A DNA stretch of 64,000 bases from Paraspadella gotoi. Its lineage: Eukaryota; Animalia; Chaetognatha. Positions 1 through 13,184 of the stretch are shown here, in pieces. The notes beneath the pieces are model-generated. The model made no database searches, was not told where the DNA came from, and worked only from the letters and a program-made list of their open reading frames with translations. The position numbers and the translations under genes are program-made. The stretch spans positions 3,187,232 to 3,251,231 of the forward strand of contig CM119263.1 in the NCBI GenBank assembly GCA_051294375.1. Direction: 5' to 3'. Positions within the stretch are counted from its first letter, which is position 1; every line of letters starts with the position of its first letter.

Positions 1-1213
1 ACAACGAAGACGAAGATGACAACGACGACGCTGCCAACGATGACGACGACGACGTGGACGGGGCGAAAAGACGAGGCGTCGGCCGCCGACTTCAATTCGC
101 TCCGAAGGAGAAGAAAAGAAATAAAAGAGTTTTCCCATGTCGAACCCTCACCGCGCGTCGTTGTGGGGGTGGCAGGGGGTGTCGGAGGAGTAGTGGAGAT
201 AGTAGAGTGGAGGAGTGGGATGGAGGTGTGAGGGTGGAGATGTGGGTGGAGGTGTGAGGGTAAGGCGTCGTTGAAGCGTCGGCGCTGAATTTCGAAGCGG
301 CGAACAATGGAGAGGAGTAGGAAGAGGGAAGATGATCATCGCGTGGTTGATAATAAGGAGGAGGAAGAGGGAAGAGCGAGATTGGATGTTGAGCCGATGA
401 TTGTCTTCTTTTTTCTTGTCTCTTTGACCCGATCCGCTTATTCTATGTCTCTGTCTCTGTCTCTGTCTCTGNNNNNNNNNNNNNNNNNNNNNNNNNNNNN
501 NNNNNNNNNNNNNNNNNNNNNNNNNNNNNNNNNNNNNNNNNNNNNNNNNNNNNNNNNNNNNNNNNNNNNNNNNNNNNNNNNNNNNNNNNNNNNNNNNNNN
601 NNNNNNNNNNNNNNNNNNNNNNNNNNNNNNNNNNNNNNNNNNNNNNNNNNNNNNNNNNNNNNNNNNNNNNNNNNNNNNNNNNNNNNNNNNNNNNNNNNNN
701 NNNNNTCTGCCTCCTTTTCTCTATCTCCCTATTTCGCTTTTTATTATTTTTTTATTTCTTCGCCCCTTCCATCTTTTCTTCCTCCCCTCTCTTTTTCAAT
801 CTCTCTATCTGTCTCTCCCTAGCCCTCTCTCTTTCTATTCCTCACCCTTTCTCTCTCTCTGTCTTTCTATCCCTCTCTCTCTCTCCCCGCCTCCTTTTCT
901 CTCTTTCTTTCCCAATTTCTCTTTTTATTATTTTTTCTCTCTTTGCCCCCTTTCTTCCTTTCTTCTTTCCCTCTGTTTTTAACTCCCGCTCTCTCCCTCT
1001 CCCTCTTACTCCCCCCCTCTCTCTCTCTCCCCTCCGCCCACGACGTAATGAGTCAATCGCGACGATGAGAAGGACTTTTCATAGGAACCGAATGCATGGA
1101 ATTAATCCGCGCGTCGCGGCTCTCGTAATTGGTTCAAATTGAAGAAATTAGCATCGAGGCCTCGCACGAGGAGGGAGAGCGAGAGGAAACGGGCGGGGCG
1201 GGGGGCAAAATGG

Positions 1214-1244
<31 letters not shown>

Positions 1245-2845
1245 GAGATGAGAGAGAGAGGAGAGTATGAGAGAGAGAGAGAGACGAGAGAGAGAGATGA
1301 AGATGATGAGAGGGAGAGGGAGTGAATTGAGAGAAGTAAGTGGATGAATGCGGAGGAATCGAGGTTAGATGTTCGAAAGTTGAATGAGAAGAGAAAGAGG
1401 AAAGTGTAAATACGGACAGAAGGTTTAACGAACTTAAAACTATTGTTATTTTCGTAAGTATTGCATCTAATTTCTCTTTTCGAGGAGAAAACAAAGTTAA
1501 ATTTGTTTATTCCAAATAACGGACATGTTTCGTCGACTCTATTCTCGCAGTCTTCATCACCGGCTTTGGAATAGGCAAACACCGAGGTTTGTAAACAAAC
1601 AAACTTTGTCGTTCTCACCAATATTGTAAAAGAAAGTGTTTAATCAAAATTTATTTTGATTAAAAATGAAATTTTTTTTTACGAGATAGAGATTTCGAAT
1701 TAGAGAACTTTGGGTTGAAAAGAGAAAATTTGAGAGGAAATACGAGAAAAGGTGAGTTCACTTTTGGCGATTGGCAATGAGAGGGAAGAAAACAAAACGT
1801 GTGTGTGAGCTACAATTGAAAGTCAGGGTGAGAAATGACCTTCTCGTTATGTGAATAGGGGGTGATGTTTTGTGGGAACGATGAAAAGAATCGGATCACA
1901 AACGTGAACGAAGATTCACGACGAAGACAGCGATGAGTGGGATGGAAGGCGTGCCTGCCGAGTTGTGAGAGGCGGCGCGGGGGGGGGAGGCTGGGGAGGT
2001 AAGTGAGTCGCGATGGGGCGTGCCGATTCTATATCGAGGGAGGAGTGGGCGAGATAATGGGCGGACGAAGGACGATGACGACGGAACGGATGACGACGGA
2101 CGTAATAACGAAGACGATGGGCGTGGATGACGAAAAAAAAAGACGCAAATTCGTAGGGGAAAAGAAGTCGAAAAATAAAGCGATGTCTCAAGGCTTTGGT
2201 CGCAATATGAAATATAGATTATAAATATAAGTATATATATTCATTTGATAAATAAGGTAACCCTTCCCCTGACTTAGGATAGGCTATTTTGTGAATATAT
2301 GAAGTATATTTGTATTTGTACAGTCCTGTGCAAAAAAAAGGACACTCTCAACTTAAGTTGGGCTCGTTTTACGAGCATAGTTATAAACTTTTATGAATGA
2401 TAGTGTTAGATTTTGAAATAGGAATCCATATGTGTAAGTTAAAAAATATCGTAGTAAAAGACATCGCGCTTGACTTGAATTTTTTAATGCAGGTTGGTGC
2501 AGTAGCAAATTAGAAATATTTCCCGAAACTAATTTTAAATAATTTCTTCGCCTAGATGTTCCTGTTTAATGACAAAATGGCATCGTGCTACGGCAATGGC
2601 TGGGATGGCTTGTAATACAGGGGAGAGGGGACCGCGGGTTGTCTCACCAGACTGAGGACGGACACTTGCATTAATCTATTAATCATTTACCAGGGAAATT
2701 AGTCCCGAAACATGTACGCAGAAATTATTTCTGATAAGAAGAACTGTCAACAAAATATAATTATTTATGACAGCGAGGAAGAACTACAAAAAAATACAAA
2801 CTTACAAACCACTTCACAATTAAAGCGGAAATTCACGACATTAAA
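1..2845 (+). repeat. Partial copy of the ~7.5 kb duplicated unit (matches ~4490-7270 and ~11960-14790)
   Basis: Colinear shared sequence, e.g. gacggggcgaaaagacgaggc...ccgacttca at ~57, ~4561 and ~12032, and ggaaattcacgacattaa near 2827, 7252 and 14771. The copies differ mainly by 1-bp indels. Confidence 0.95.
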
Positions 2846-2858
2846 AAAAGAGAGAGAT

Positions 2859-3583
2859 GGCGCAAAAAGGTTAAACCGGCCCGGCGGGGGGCACGCGGCG
2901 GGGAGCACCGGCAGGGCACCGCAGGTCCCGCGCAGGGTCCGCCGACCCGGCAATAAGGGCTGCGGAACGGGGGCCTGCGGGGAGAGTGGAAGAGGGCGAG
3001 CGGGCGAGGCTGGAAATGGAGGGAGTTTCCGGATGGAGAGAGATGTTTATTTTTTTTTCTTCGTTTCTCACTCTCTCTCCATCTCATCTCTCTCTCTCTT
3101 CCTCTCTCTCTCTCTTCACTCTCTCTTTCTCGTTCATCCTCTCTCTTCTTCCTTATTCTCTCTCTTCTCGGCTCCGGGGAGGCCCGCGTCTGGGGGGGTA
3201 GCCGAAGGATGGGAAAAATGGTCCGAAGAGGAGAGGAGGAGGTCGTTCATGGAAAAATTCACAACAATAAAACGAAGGAAATGAGAAATGAATAGAGAAT
3301 GAATTCCTTTGCTGGGAAGGAGGAAGGGGAGAGATGAAGAAAGAAAGAGGAAAATAGGAGGAGGAAGAACAGAAAAAAAAGATTTTTTGTTTGGGAATTT
3401 CCAGCTGAAGAAGGTTTAACGGATCGAATCCTGATTGGAAACGCGAGTATGGCAAATTAGGGGGAGAGAGACAGATTTATAGGAGCGCGTGAGAAGTGAG
3501 CAAAGATGGGAATGCTAGAGAAAGAGAGAGAAGAGCAGAGAGAGAGAGAGAGAGGAGAGAGAGGAGAGAGAGAGAGAGAAAGA

Positions 3584-3623
<40 letters not shown>

Positions 3624-5625
3624 GAGAAGAGAAAGAGGCATGTCCAAAGTCCGTTTATTAAAATGAATGAATGATTTTACCAATTGGTTTGTACCACTTC
3701 ATATGTAAAATTAAATTATGTTTAAACTTAAAAATTTTAAGGCCGCTGTCGACTAACAAATTTATATATAAACAAACAAGACAAACGAGCGTCATTTTTA
3801 CGCATACCGAGGTCGAAGCCACTCTTAATCACGGCACTCTTGTGCTGGGCATTCTACAGTAAACACGACGGGACTTGGCTTTTGTGTTTCACTGTATTGC
3901 CAAAGAAAATAAACACTCCCTCATTGAGCCGCCAGGACTCTTGTAAAAAATACGAGACGTCGCAAAGGAGGGAGTGGAAGATTCGATCGGTATTGAACAT
4001 GGGCTGCGACGACGGACGAGCGGATGACCGACGATGATGGACGTTGACGACAGAATCCGATGGACAAGGACATTGAAGCTGACAAAAACGATAGGTACAA
4101 TGGACTTAGCGGAGATGAATAAGGCGCACAGACTCCAACAAAATTGCTATGTATAAAAAAGAGATAGAATTAAAAACTTAAGCGCCAAAAGTCAAAAGAC
4201 CGCAGGAATCATAATGATATGATAAGAACAACAATGGGCGTAGAAAAATGATGACAAAGATGGAGAAAAGGATGTGAAAAGAGGACGACGAACGACAACG
4301 ACGATGACGACGACGATGACGATGTCACCTGGACACTCTAAGACGTTTGAGAGTGAAGTAGTCCCTTGTTTGGACGAATGCTTATTTCAAGTCAACGTTC
4401 AAGTCAAGTCAAAGATGACAATGACAACGACGACGATGAAAAGACGACGAAGACATCGACGAAGAATGACCATGACAACGACGACGGCAACGAGGTGACA
4501 ACGAGCGAAGGATGACAACGGCACGACGCATGCCGAACCGATGACGACGACGGGACGATGGACGGGGCGAAAAGACGAGGCTTGTCGGCGCCGACTTCAC
4601 ATTCGCTCCGAAGGAGAAGAAAAGAAATAAAAAGAGTTTTTCCCATGTTCGAACCCTCACCACGGCGCGTCGTGTGGGGGTGGCAGGGGTGCGGAGGAGT
4701 AGTGGGATAGTAGAAGTGGGGAGTGGGATGGAGGGTGTGAGGGCTGAGAGTGTGGGTGGAGGATTGTGAGAGGTAAGGCGTCGTTGAAAGCGTCGGGCGC
4801 TTGAATTTCGAAGCGGCGAACAATGGAGAGGAGTAGGGAAGGGGAAGATGATCATCGGCGTGGTTTGATAATAAGGAGGGGAAGAGGGAAGAGCGAGATT
4901 TAGTATGTTGAATGTGACTGATGAATTGGAGTCTTCTGTTTTCTATTGTCTCTTGTGGACGCCGTATCCTCGCTTGTATTCTAGTTGTCTCTGTCTCTGC
5001 TGTCTCTTGTCTCTGTCTGTCTCTTCTCTTATCTCGTTCCTCTCTTCTCTCTCTTTCTCTCTTCTCTCTCCCTCTCTTTTCTGATCTCCTTCTCTTCTTA
5101 TTCTTCTCTCTCTCTCGATCTGCCCCTTTTCTCTATCTCCCTATTTTGCGCTTTTTTATTATTTTTTTATTTTTCTGCCCCTTCCATCTTTTGCTTCCTC
5201 CCCTCTCTTTTTCACTCCCTCTATCTGTCTCTCCCTAGCCCTCTCTCTCTCTATTCCTCACCCTTTCTCTCTCTATGTCTTTCTATCCCTCTCTCTCTTC
5301 TCCCCGCTCTTTTCTCTCTTTCTTCCCAATTTCTCTTTTTTATTATTTTTTCTCTCTTGCCCCCTTCTTCCTTTCTTCTTTCCCTCTGTTTTTTAACCTC
5401 CCGCTCTCTCCCTCTCCCTCTTACTCCCTCCTCCTCTCTCTCTCCCCTCCGCCCAGCGACGTAATGAGTCAATTCGCGACGATGAGAAGGACTTGTCCTA
5501 GGAACCGAATTGCATGAATTATCGCGCTCGCTCTCGTAATTGGTTCAAATTGAAGAAATTAGCATCGAGGGCCTCGCACGAGGAGGGAGAGCGAGAGGAA
5601 ACGGGCGGGGCGGGGGGCAAAATGG

Positions 5626-5721
<96 letters not shown>

Positions 5722-7656
5722 AATGATGAGAGGGAGAGGGAGTGAATTGAGGAGAAGAAGTAGGATGAATGCGGAGAATCGAGGTTAGATTTCGAAGGTT
5801 GAATGAGAAGGAGAAAGAGGAAAATGTAAATACGGAAACAGAAGGTTAACGAATTAAAACTATTGTATATTTTCGTAAGTATTGCATCTAATTTCTTCTT
5901 TTCGAGGAAAACAAAGTTATTTGTTTATTCCAAAATAACGGACCATGTTTCGGACTCTTATTTCTCCAGTCTTCATCACCGGCTTTGGAATACAAATACC
6001 GAGGTTTGTAAACAAACAAACTTTGTCTCGTCTCACCCAATATAAAAGAAAGTGTTTAATCAAATTTATTTTATTTAAAGATGAAATTTTTTTTTTACGA
6101 GATAGAGATTTCGAATTGAGAAAACTTTGGGTTGAAGAGAAATTTGAGAGAAATACGGAAAAGGTGAGTTCACTTTTGGCCGATTGGCAATGAGAGAGGA
6201 AGAAAACAAAACGTGTTGTGAGCTACAATTGAAAGTCAAGGGTGAAAATGACCTTCTCGTTATGTGAATAGGGGGTGATGTGTGCTGAAGCGATGAAAAG
6301 AAATCGGATAACACAAACGTGAACGAAGATCACGACGAAGACAGCGGATGAGTGGAATGGAAGGCGTGGCCGAGTTGTGAGAGGCGGCGCGGGGGGGGGA
6401 GGGCTGGGGAGGTGAAGTGAGTCCCGCGATGGGGCGTGCCGATTCTTATATCGGGGAGGAGTGGCGCGAGATAATGGGCGGACGAAGGACGATGACGACA
6501 CGGATGACGACGACGATAACGAAGCGATGGGCGTGGATGACGAAAAAAAAAGACGCAAATTCGCGTAGGGAAAAGAAGTCGAAAATAAAGCGATTATTCA
6601 AGGCTTGTGGTCGCCAATATGAAATATAGATATAAATATAATATCTATATATTCATTTGATAAATAAGGTAACCTCCCCTGACTTAGGATAGGCTATTTT
6701 GTGAATATATGAAGTATATTTGTATTGTACAGTCCTGTGCAAAAAAAAGGACACTCTTCAAACTTAAGTTGGGCTGCGTTTTACGAGCTATTATAACTTT
6801 ATGAATGATAATGTAGATTTTGAAATAGGAAAATCCATATGTGTAAGTTAAAAATACTCGTAGTAAAAGACATCGCGCTTGACTTGAATTTTTTAATGCA
6901 GGTTTGGTGCATAGCAAATTAGAAAATGATTTCCCGAAAACTATTTTAAATAATATATTTCTCGCTAATGTTCCTTTTATGACAAAAATGGCATCTCTAC
7001 GGCAATGGCTGGGATGGCTTGTAATACAGGGGAGAGGAGACCGCGGGGGCCTCTCACCAGACTGAGGACGGAATCTTGCATTAATCTATTAAAATCATTT
7101 TACCAGGGAAATTAGTCCGAGAACATGTACGCAGAAATTATTTCTGATAAGAAGAACTGCAAGCATGTAAAACAAAATATAATTATTTATGACAGCTGAG
7201 GAAGAACTACAAAAAAATACAAACTTTACAAACCACTTCACAATTAAAGACGGAAAATTCACGACATTAACCAAAAAAAAAAAAAAAAAAACTATTCAAA
7301 AAGCCTAATGNNNNNNNNNNNNNNNNNNNNNNNNNTTTTCTTGACAAAAACGTAACCAGCGATAAAACGAGCATCTGCCTATCGCTTCCTCTGACAGAGC
7401 GGAAACTGTGAGAGATTCGTTATCACTAACGAGTGAGACGACGACGACGACGACAACCATTCTTTTGACGTTATCTAGATTTTCATCTTGTTTCAAATGT
7501 GTCGAGATTTATGTCCCTTTTTTGAAAAAAGGCGTCAAAACTTAATTTGACGCGTAATTATTGTTATTAACCATAATATTTTTTCTCATGATTCTTATTT
7601 TACTAATACTATGTCCAATTATTTCACCATAAGCTTTTAAAATCTCCGACTTTTTT

Positions 7657-7695
<39 letters not shown>

Positions 7696-8771
7696 GCTTT
7701 CGTTTAAAAAAAACAAAAAACCCAAAAACCGCACAACGATATCAATACCCAATTTTCATTCATAATCCACGGAGGACAACCGCCTGACGTTCGCCTGACG
7801 TTCGCCTGTCATTTTCCCTTTTGTTGTCCAGATTTCCTCTTTTTTGATTTCATCATTTCCTCGGATCAATTTTTATTGTCAACCTTTTATTTTTATCTCG
7901 ATCTTCTATTTTTATTTCGCGGTCACGTGACGTACATCGATCCGTTTCTTCCTCCTCTTCCTCTTCTTCACTCTACTTTGATCCTCTCTGTTTACATTTT
8001 AAACTTTCACTTGTCAGTTTTAGTTCATTTTAAGTTTTTTCTGTTTGAGTCACTCTGGATATACCGCTTTGCTTTACATTATTTATAATGTTTCTATCCT
8101 TAAATTGTTATGTTTCTATCCAACCTATTGTCTTCTTCCTTCTCTCCTTCCTCGTGATTCATTCTATACTCTTCCCCCTCCTCTTCCTCCTCTTCCTCCA
8201 CTCAACAGACACGGATGATAGCCTCTCGTTTACCAGATTTCGCGAGATCTTATCTTCTTCCTAATTTGGGTATAGAAATAAAGCCAAGCATGTCGGAGCG
8301 GGCAAGGCAAGAGATAGCAAAGCGAGCAGAGGCAGCAAAGTGGGCAAAGCGGGAAAGGCCAACAAGGAGGGCATAGCGGGCGCGGAGGACAAGGCGCGAA
8401 AAACGGACGAAGGGCAAAGGAGGCCGGAACTGGTGCGAAGCGGATAAGACTGATAAGAAGGGCAAAGCGGACCAGATTGATGAAGCCGACTCGGAGGACT
8501 GAGACGAAGAGGGCAAGGCCAGCGAGAGATGGAAGGATGGCGAGGCTGAGAAGAAGTGACAAGGAGGCAGGGTCAGCGAGGAATGCGAAGCGAACAAGTG
8601 AAATAGGAAGGGAAAAGCGGGCAGAGTCCGCAAGACTGGCAAAGAGAAGGAGGGCCCTCCTCGGCTGTCATCGCTTTTAATTTTGAGGAACAAAGAATTT
8701 TCTTTGTTTAATTCGGATAAAATTTGGAAGAGAATTTTGCAGCCATCAGTTTGTAGTCTTTCAAATATCGG

Positions 8772-8832
<61 letters not shown>

Positions 8833-9152
8833 TCTTGCCCATCTTTCAATCTCCCATCTTACCCAGGAAATTAAGAGGCACGTATTCCCGATGACAAGTT
8901 CTAAATGAGAATCTGACCTCGTGGTGGATTTGTGACGTATGAATGAAATAAATGAATGACGTTTGATATAAAAGATATCCACGAATTCCTTCCTATTGAT
9001 GATATCTATTTGCTTTTCATTGTCTTCTTAAGTGACTCAAAAAGATCAGAGAAGTTCCTTCGTATATGATATGTACCTAATCTGGTCGTTTAAACAACAT
9101 TAGATAGATAAATAGATAAGTAGTGCACAATTTAATCAAAGTAGCTTCGTCG

Positions 9153-9191
<39 letters not shown>

Positions 9192-9866
9192 GACATGAAG
9201 ATCGACATGGAGACCTCCTTGGCGAGCCACTTTAAAGAGTCAAGTGGTTCGATTAAAGAAAAATCTTGCCCCGCCCCCGTAAGGCAGCGCCGCCCCCTCG
9301 CCGACTGACAAAGGAACAAAGACCGCGCCTCCTCCGACTCTGTGACACCGAACGTCCGTCCTGTTTTGATTCATGTTTTTTTGAATTTAAAAAAAAAAAT
9401 AGAACCATATCAATAAAACAATTTTTAATTTCGTTTAATGCGATGATATTCGATAATGTTTACTTAAACTGTTTTAACTGTAATTGACTAGCAAAAATTA
9501 AAAATAATTACGAGGACTGCAATATGCAAATAAGATTAAATGTACTCAAAATTGAATTGTCTGAAACCATAAAAAAATTGAATCAGTTTCTTTTGCATGA
9601 TCATTTTATTCACTGTATCTATTGTATAGTGTAAACGCATTATACAGCGTCTAAAGGAAAAGAAGTACACGATTTCGTTATAACAATTATTCACTGTCCC
9701 GTCTCGCGTCTTCCGCGTCGTCGTCGTCGTCATCATCGTCGTCGTCGTCGTCGTCGTCGTTTCTCGATCGATTCAAATCTACAAATTTTTTTTCGAGTCT
9801 CCACTTGAGAGTTAATTTGACGTGAGATGACGGACGTCGCTCGAGTTCGCAGAGTAAACAGCGGAA

Positions 9867-9904
<38 letters not shown>

Positions 9905-10317
9905 ATTATCTGCTTTTAGGCTTTAATTTTCTGACTCTAAATCGTCAAGTAGTTTCGGCAATTGTGATAATACATTAGTTTCAAGGTCTTTCTTTTCACA
10001 TATAGATTTGATCGAGTGGTTTTGATTAACAAAAAACGTCTTTAGGAGAGTTTATTAGAATTTCAATTGAAATTTGGTAGTGTTTTCAGTGTTTAACATT
10101 GATTAAATAAGAGATTTAAGAATTAGGAAAAACCAACACTCCATTAAAAAACTCCCGTAAGTCTCGTTTATTATTTTTTTCATAGATTCATTAAATTATT
10201 ATTATAATTACATTAAAAAAATTAAATTTAAACAAGTATTAAATTTGTTTTTAGTTTATTCTTTCAACTTTCCCTTTCTCTTTAGTTTTTCATAATTTAG
10301 GACATCTATATTCTATA
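2859..10317 (+). repeat. Copy A of the ~7.5 kb direct duplication (probably assembly or haplotype redundancy)
   Basis: From caccggcagggcac (~2906) to catctatattctata (10317) it is colinear with 10355-18868. It ends at a 25-N gap. Confidence 0.93.
7311..7335. other. 25-N assembly gap
   Basis: Exactly 25 N, as at 10318-10342 and 40279-40303. Other gaps: 472-705, 20397-20627, 20925-21334, 22283-22531, 22929-22952. Confidence 0.99.
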
Positions 10318-10997
10318 NNNNNNNNNNNNNNNNNNNNNNNNNAATGAGAGAGATCACCGGCAGGGCACGCAGGTCCCGCGCAGGGTCCCGCCGACCCGGC
10401 AAAAGGGCTGCGGAACGGGGGCCTGCGGGGAGTGGAAGAGGGCGAGCGGGCGAGGCTGGAAATGAGAGGGAGCTTTCCGGATGAGAGAGATGTTTATTTT
10501 TTTCTTCTTCGTTTCTCACTCTCTCTCTCATTTCTCTCTCTCTCTTCTCTTCTCATCTCTCTTCATTCTCATCTCTCATCTCTCTTCTCTCTTATCTCTC
10601 TCTCTCTCTCGGCTCCGGGGAGGCACCGCGTTGGGGGGGTAGCCGAAGGATGGGAAAAATGGTCGAAGAGGAGAGGAGGAGGTAGAAGGTGTCTGGAAAA
10701 ATTCACAACAATAAAACGAGGAAATGAAGAATGAATGAGATGAATATCCTTTGCTGGGAGGAGGAAGGGGAGAGATGAAAGAAGAAAAGAGGAAAATAGG
10801 AGGAGGGAAGAACAGAAAAAAAAGATTTTTTGTTTGGGAATTTCCAAGGCTGAAGAAGTTTAAACCGAGTCGAATCCTGATTGGAAACGCGAGTATGGCC
10901 AAAATTAGGGGGAGAGAGACAGAGTATAGGAGCGCGTAGAAGAAGTGGAGCAAAGATGGGAATGCTAGAGAAAGAGAGAGAAAGAGAGCAAGAGAGA

Positions 10998-11028
<31 letters not shown>

Positions 11029-11051
11029 AGAGAAGAAGAGAGAGAGAGAGA

Positions 11052-11087
<36 letters not shown>

Positions 11088-13150
11088 GAGAGAAGAAAGA
11101 AGAGAGGCATGTCCATACATTGTCCAGTCGTTTATTAAATGAATGAATGATTTTTTAACAATTGGTTGTACCACTTTCATATGTAAATTAAATTATTGTT
11201 TAAACTTAAAAATTTTCAAGGCACGCTCTCAGCTTAACAATTTATATCAATAAACAACACAAGACAAACGAAGCGTCATTTTTAACGCGATCCGAGGCGA
11301 AGCCACTCTTAATCACGGCAACTCTTGTGTGCATTCTTCACAGTAAAACACGACGGGAACTTGGGCCATTTTTGTGTTTCACTGTATTGCAAGAAAATAA
11401 ACACTGCCCTCATTGAGACGACAGGACCTTGTAAATAAATACGAGACGGCAAAGGGGCGAGACTCGATTGAAATGGGAAGCCCGCGACGACGTACAGCGA
11501 TTGACGACGATGATGACGGATGACGACGAACCGATCGGCACAGGACATGAAGCTGACAAAAACGATAGGTTAAATGACTAAGGGGAATGAATAAGGCGAC
11601 ACAGACTCCAACAAAATTGCTATGTAGTAAAAAAGAGATAGAATTAAAAAACTTAAGCGCCAAAAAGTCAAAGACCAGGATACATAATGAATGATAAGAA
11701 CAACAATGGCGTAGAAAAATGATGACAAAGATGGAGAAAAGGAGTGAAAAGAGGACGACGACGACAACGACGATGACGACGACGATGACGATGTCACACT
11801 AGACACCTACAGACAGCTTTGAGAGTGAAGTATCCCTTGTTGGATGAATGCTTATTTCAAGTCAAGTTCAAGTCAAGTCAAAGATGACAATGACACGACG
11901 ACGATGAAAAGACGAAAGACATCGACGAAGAATGACGCATGACAATCGACGACGGCAACGAGGATGACAACGAGACGAAAGATGACAACGGCGACGACGC
12001 TGCAACCGAATGAACCGAAACGACGGGACGTGGACGGGGCGAAAAGACGAGGCGTCGGGCGCCGACTTCACATTCGCTTCCGAAAGGAGAAGAAAAGAAA
12101 TAAAAAGAGTTTCTCCCATGTTCGAACCCTCCACCGCGCGGTCGTGTGGGGGTGGCAGGGGGTGTCGGAAGGAGTAGTGGAGATAGTAGAAGTGGGGAGT
12201 GAGTGATGGAGGTCGTGAGGGCTGGAGAATGTGGGTGGAGGTGTGGAGAGGTAAAGGCGTCGTTGAAGCGTCGGCGCTTGAAATTTTCGAAGCCGGCGAA
12301 ACAATTGGAGAGGAGTAGGAAGAGGGAAGAATGATCATGCGCGTGGTTGATAATAAGGAGGGGAAGAGAAGAGCGAAGATTAGATGTTGAAGACGATGAA
12401 TTGGTCTTCTTGTTTTCTTGTCTCTTTGACCCGATCCCGCTTTTCTACTATGTTCTGTCTCTGTCTCTTGTCTCTGTCTGTCTCTTCTCTTTCTCTTTCT
12501 CTCTCTATCTCTCTCTTCTCTCCTCTCTTCCTCTCAGTCCTCTCTATTCTACTCCTTCCTTCTTATCTGCTCTCTCTCTCGATCTGCCCCCTTTTCTTCT
12601 ATCTGCCCTATTTCGCTTTTTTATTATTTGTTTTATTTCTTCGCCCCTTCCATCTTTTGCTTCCTCCCTTCTCTTTTTCACTCTCCTCTTATCTGTCCTC
12701 TCCCTAGCCCTCTGCTCTCTCTAATTCCGTCACTCTTTCCCTCCTATGTCTTTGCTATCCCTCTCTCCTCTCTCCGCTCTTTTCCTGCTCTTTCTTTCCC
12801 ATTTTCTTTTTTATTAATTTTTTCTCTCTTGCCCCCTTTCTTCCTTTTTCTTTTCCTCTGTTTTTAACTCTCCCGCTCTCTCCCTCTCCCTCTTTACTCC
12901 CCCCTCTCTCTCCTCCCCTCCGCCCACGACGTAATGAGTCAATTCGCGACGATGAGAAGGACTTTACATAGGAACCGAATGCATGAATTATCGCGCTCTG
13001 CTCTCGTAATTGGTTCAAAATTGAAGAAAATTGAGCAAATCGAGGGCCTCGCACGAGGAGGGAGAGCGAGAGAAACGGCGGGGCGGGAGGGCAAAATGGG
13101 AGAGAGAGAGAGATGAGAAGAGAAGAGAGAGAGAGAAGAGAGGAGCAGAG

Positions 13151-13184
<34 letters not shown>

